Shown here: piece after piece, positions 58,731-64,000 of the stretch
Numbering within the stretch: position 1 is the first letter of the stretch
How the letters are laid out: each line of letters opens with the position of its first letter
Assembly (NCBI GenBank): GCA_963779345.1
Contig: CAVZXY010000006.1
Location: 114,057 to 178,056, forward strand
Direction: 5' to 3'
From: an uncultured Alphaproteobacteria bacterium
GTDB taxonomy: Bacteria > Pseudomonadota > Alphaproteobacteria > Rhizobiales > Xanthobacteraceae
DNA: 64,000 nucleotides
Position numbers and translations under genes: made by a program
Notes under the pieces: generated by a model
What the model saw: only the letters and a program-made list of their open reading frames with translations
Told to the model about the DNA's origin: nothing
The model's database searches: none

Positions 58731-60560
58731 ATGTTCGAGGCCCTATTCCAATCCTTCGACGATTCGCACGAGCGCGCGGCGGCGGCCGCGCATGTCGAAA
58801 GCCTTCGCGCCGAACTCAAGCGGCGCGGGCTCGGCGGTTTTGTCGTACCGCGCGCCGACCGCCAGCAGAACGAATACCTGCCGGCAAGCGAGGAGCGCTT
58901 GGCGTGGCTGACCGGTTTCACCGGATCAGCCGGCGCGGCTGGTCGTGCTCGCCGAGCGCGCCGCCGTGTTCGTCGACGGCCGCTATACCGTGCAGGCGGC
59001 GAGCCAGGTCGATGCGAAGCTCTTCTCCATCGAGCATTTGGTGGACAATCCACCAGACCGATGGCTCGAACAGAATCTGAAAGCGGGCATGAAGCTCGGC
59101 TACGATCCGTGGCTGCACACCACCGAGAGCGCGGAGAAACTGCGCAAGGCCTGCGCCACGGCCGGCGCCGAATTGGTGGCGGTCGCCGACAATCCGATCG
59201 ACGTTTTGTGGAGCGACCGCCCGGCGCCGCCCGCCGGCAAAGTAACCTTGCGCGACATCAAGCTCGCCGGCGAGAGCGCCGCCGACAAGCTCAAGCGCAT
59301 CCAGGCCGAACTGAAAAAGCTGCGCGCCGACGTGCTGGTGGTGTCCGACCCGCAGAACGTCGCCTGGGCGTTCAACATCCGCGGCTCCGACATCGCGCAT
59401 ACGCCGCTGGCGCTCGCTTTCGCGATCATTCCGGCCGAAGGCCGCCCCCCGCTCTATGTGGCTTCGGCCAAGCTCGACAACCAAACGCGCCACGCGCTGG
59501 AGGAGATCGCCGCCGTGCGCGCGCCCGGCGATCTCGCCAGCGACCTCGCGCAATACAAGGGAAAAACCGTGCGGCTTGACCAAGCGAGCGCGGCCGATAC
59601 GCTGACGCGTCTCGTCGCCGGCAGCGGCGGCAAGCCGCTGCGCGGGCCCGATCCGATCGCGCTGATGAAGGCCACGAAGAACCACGCCGAGATCGCCGGC
59701 TCGCGCGACGCGCACAAGCGCGACGGCGTGGCGATGGCGCGGTTCCTCGCCTGGCTCGACGGCGAGGCACCCAAAGGCAAGCTCACCGAAATCGACGCGG
59801 TGGAGGCGCTGGAAAGTTTCCGCCGCGACACAGGCCTGTTAAAGGACGTTTCGTTCCCGACCATCGCCGGCTCCGGGCCGAACGGCGCCATCGTGCATTA
59901 TCGCGTCACCCGCGCCTCCAACCGCACCATCGGCAGGAACGAGCTGTTTCTGGTCGATTCCGGCGCGCAATATGAAGACGGCACCACCGACATCACCCGC
60001 ACTGTCGTCATCGGCACGCCTACCGACGAGATGCGCGACCGCTTCACCCGCGTGCTCAAGGGCCATATCGCCATCGCCACCGCGGTGTTTCCGGAACACA
60101 CCTCGGGCGCCCAGCTCGACCCGCTGGCGCGCCTCGCGCTGTGGCAGGCCGGGCTCGATTTCGACCACGGCACCGGCCACGGCGTCGGCAGCTATCTGTC
60201 GGTGCATGAGGGCCCGGCGCGCATTTCCAAGCTCGGCACCGTGGCGCTCAAGCGCGGCATGATCCTGTCGAACGAGCCGGGTTACTACAAAACCGCCGCC
60301 TACGGCATCCGCATTGAGAATCTGCTGCTGGTGATCGCGGCGCCGGAGCCGGCGGGCGGCGAAAAGCCGCTCAACACTTTCGAGACGCTGACGCTGGCGC
60401 CGATCGACCGGCGGCTGATCGACACGCGGATGCTGACCGCGAGGGAGCGCAACTGGGTCGACGGCTATCACGCGCATGTGCAGGAAGTGCTGGGCCCCTT
60501 GCTCGATGCGCCGACCCGCGCCTGGCTCGACGCCGCGACCCGACCGCTGGGAAACGGTTG

Positions 60561-60561
<1 letters not shown>
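58731..60561 (+). pseudogene. Aminopeptidase P (M24B) with a +1 frameshift near 58940 (real or sequencing error)
   Basis: MFEALFQSF...WLTGFTGSAG in one frame; FVDGRY...DSGAQY.DGTTD, HGTGHG, NEPG in the next. Confidence 0.8.

Positions 60562-64000
<3,439 letters not shown>

Overview
High-GC alphaproteobacterial chromosome segment. The permuted two-piece tmRNA followed by sspB, plus the gene content, suggest Hyphomicrobiales (Xanthobacteraceae/Nitrobacteraceae-like; inference). The housekeeping backbone (ssrA-sspB-fumC, AsmA, uvrD/pcrA, prmA, aminopeptidase P, ligA) is interleaved with accessory blocks. These are: a BigR/SqrR-type ArsR with YgaP and an RND adaptor; an OmpR-family two-component system with Gly/Tyr/Met-repeat secreted partners; an HD-GYP/DUF2336/PilZ trio; mddA with its regulator; Bug/LysR catabolic genes; small stress genes with EcfG-like promoters; and a peptidoglycan-remodelling/secreted-miniprotein cluster. 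The most notable region is a ~7.1 kb island (47576-54720) bounded by a diverged copy of a host gene's 3' end. It carries a LuxR-type regulator, a palindromic operator and four secreted Cys-containing miniprotein genes, and has been hit by IS630, IS701 and an IS110/IS1111 element. The bridge/seek RNA of that IS110 element can be read by eye (TG core, target and donor guides). Similar 'gene - insert - copy of the gene's 3' part' scars recur four times with no integrase in the window. A palindromic repeat is inserted in-frame in uvrD. All family assignments are from motif recognition; no database searches were run.
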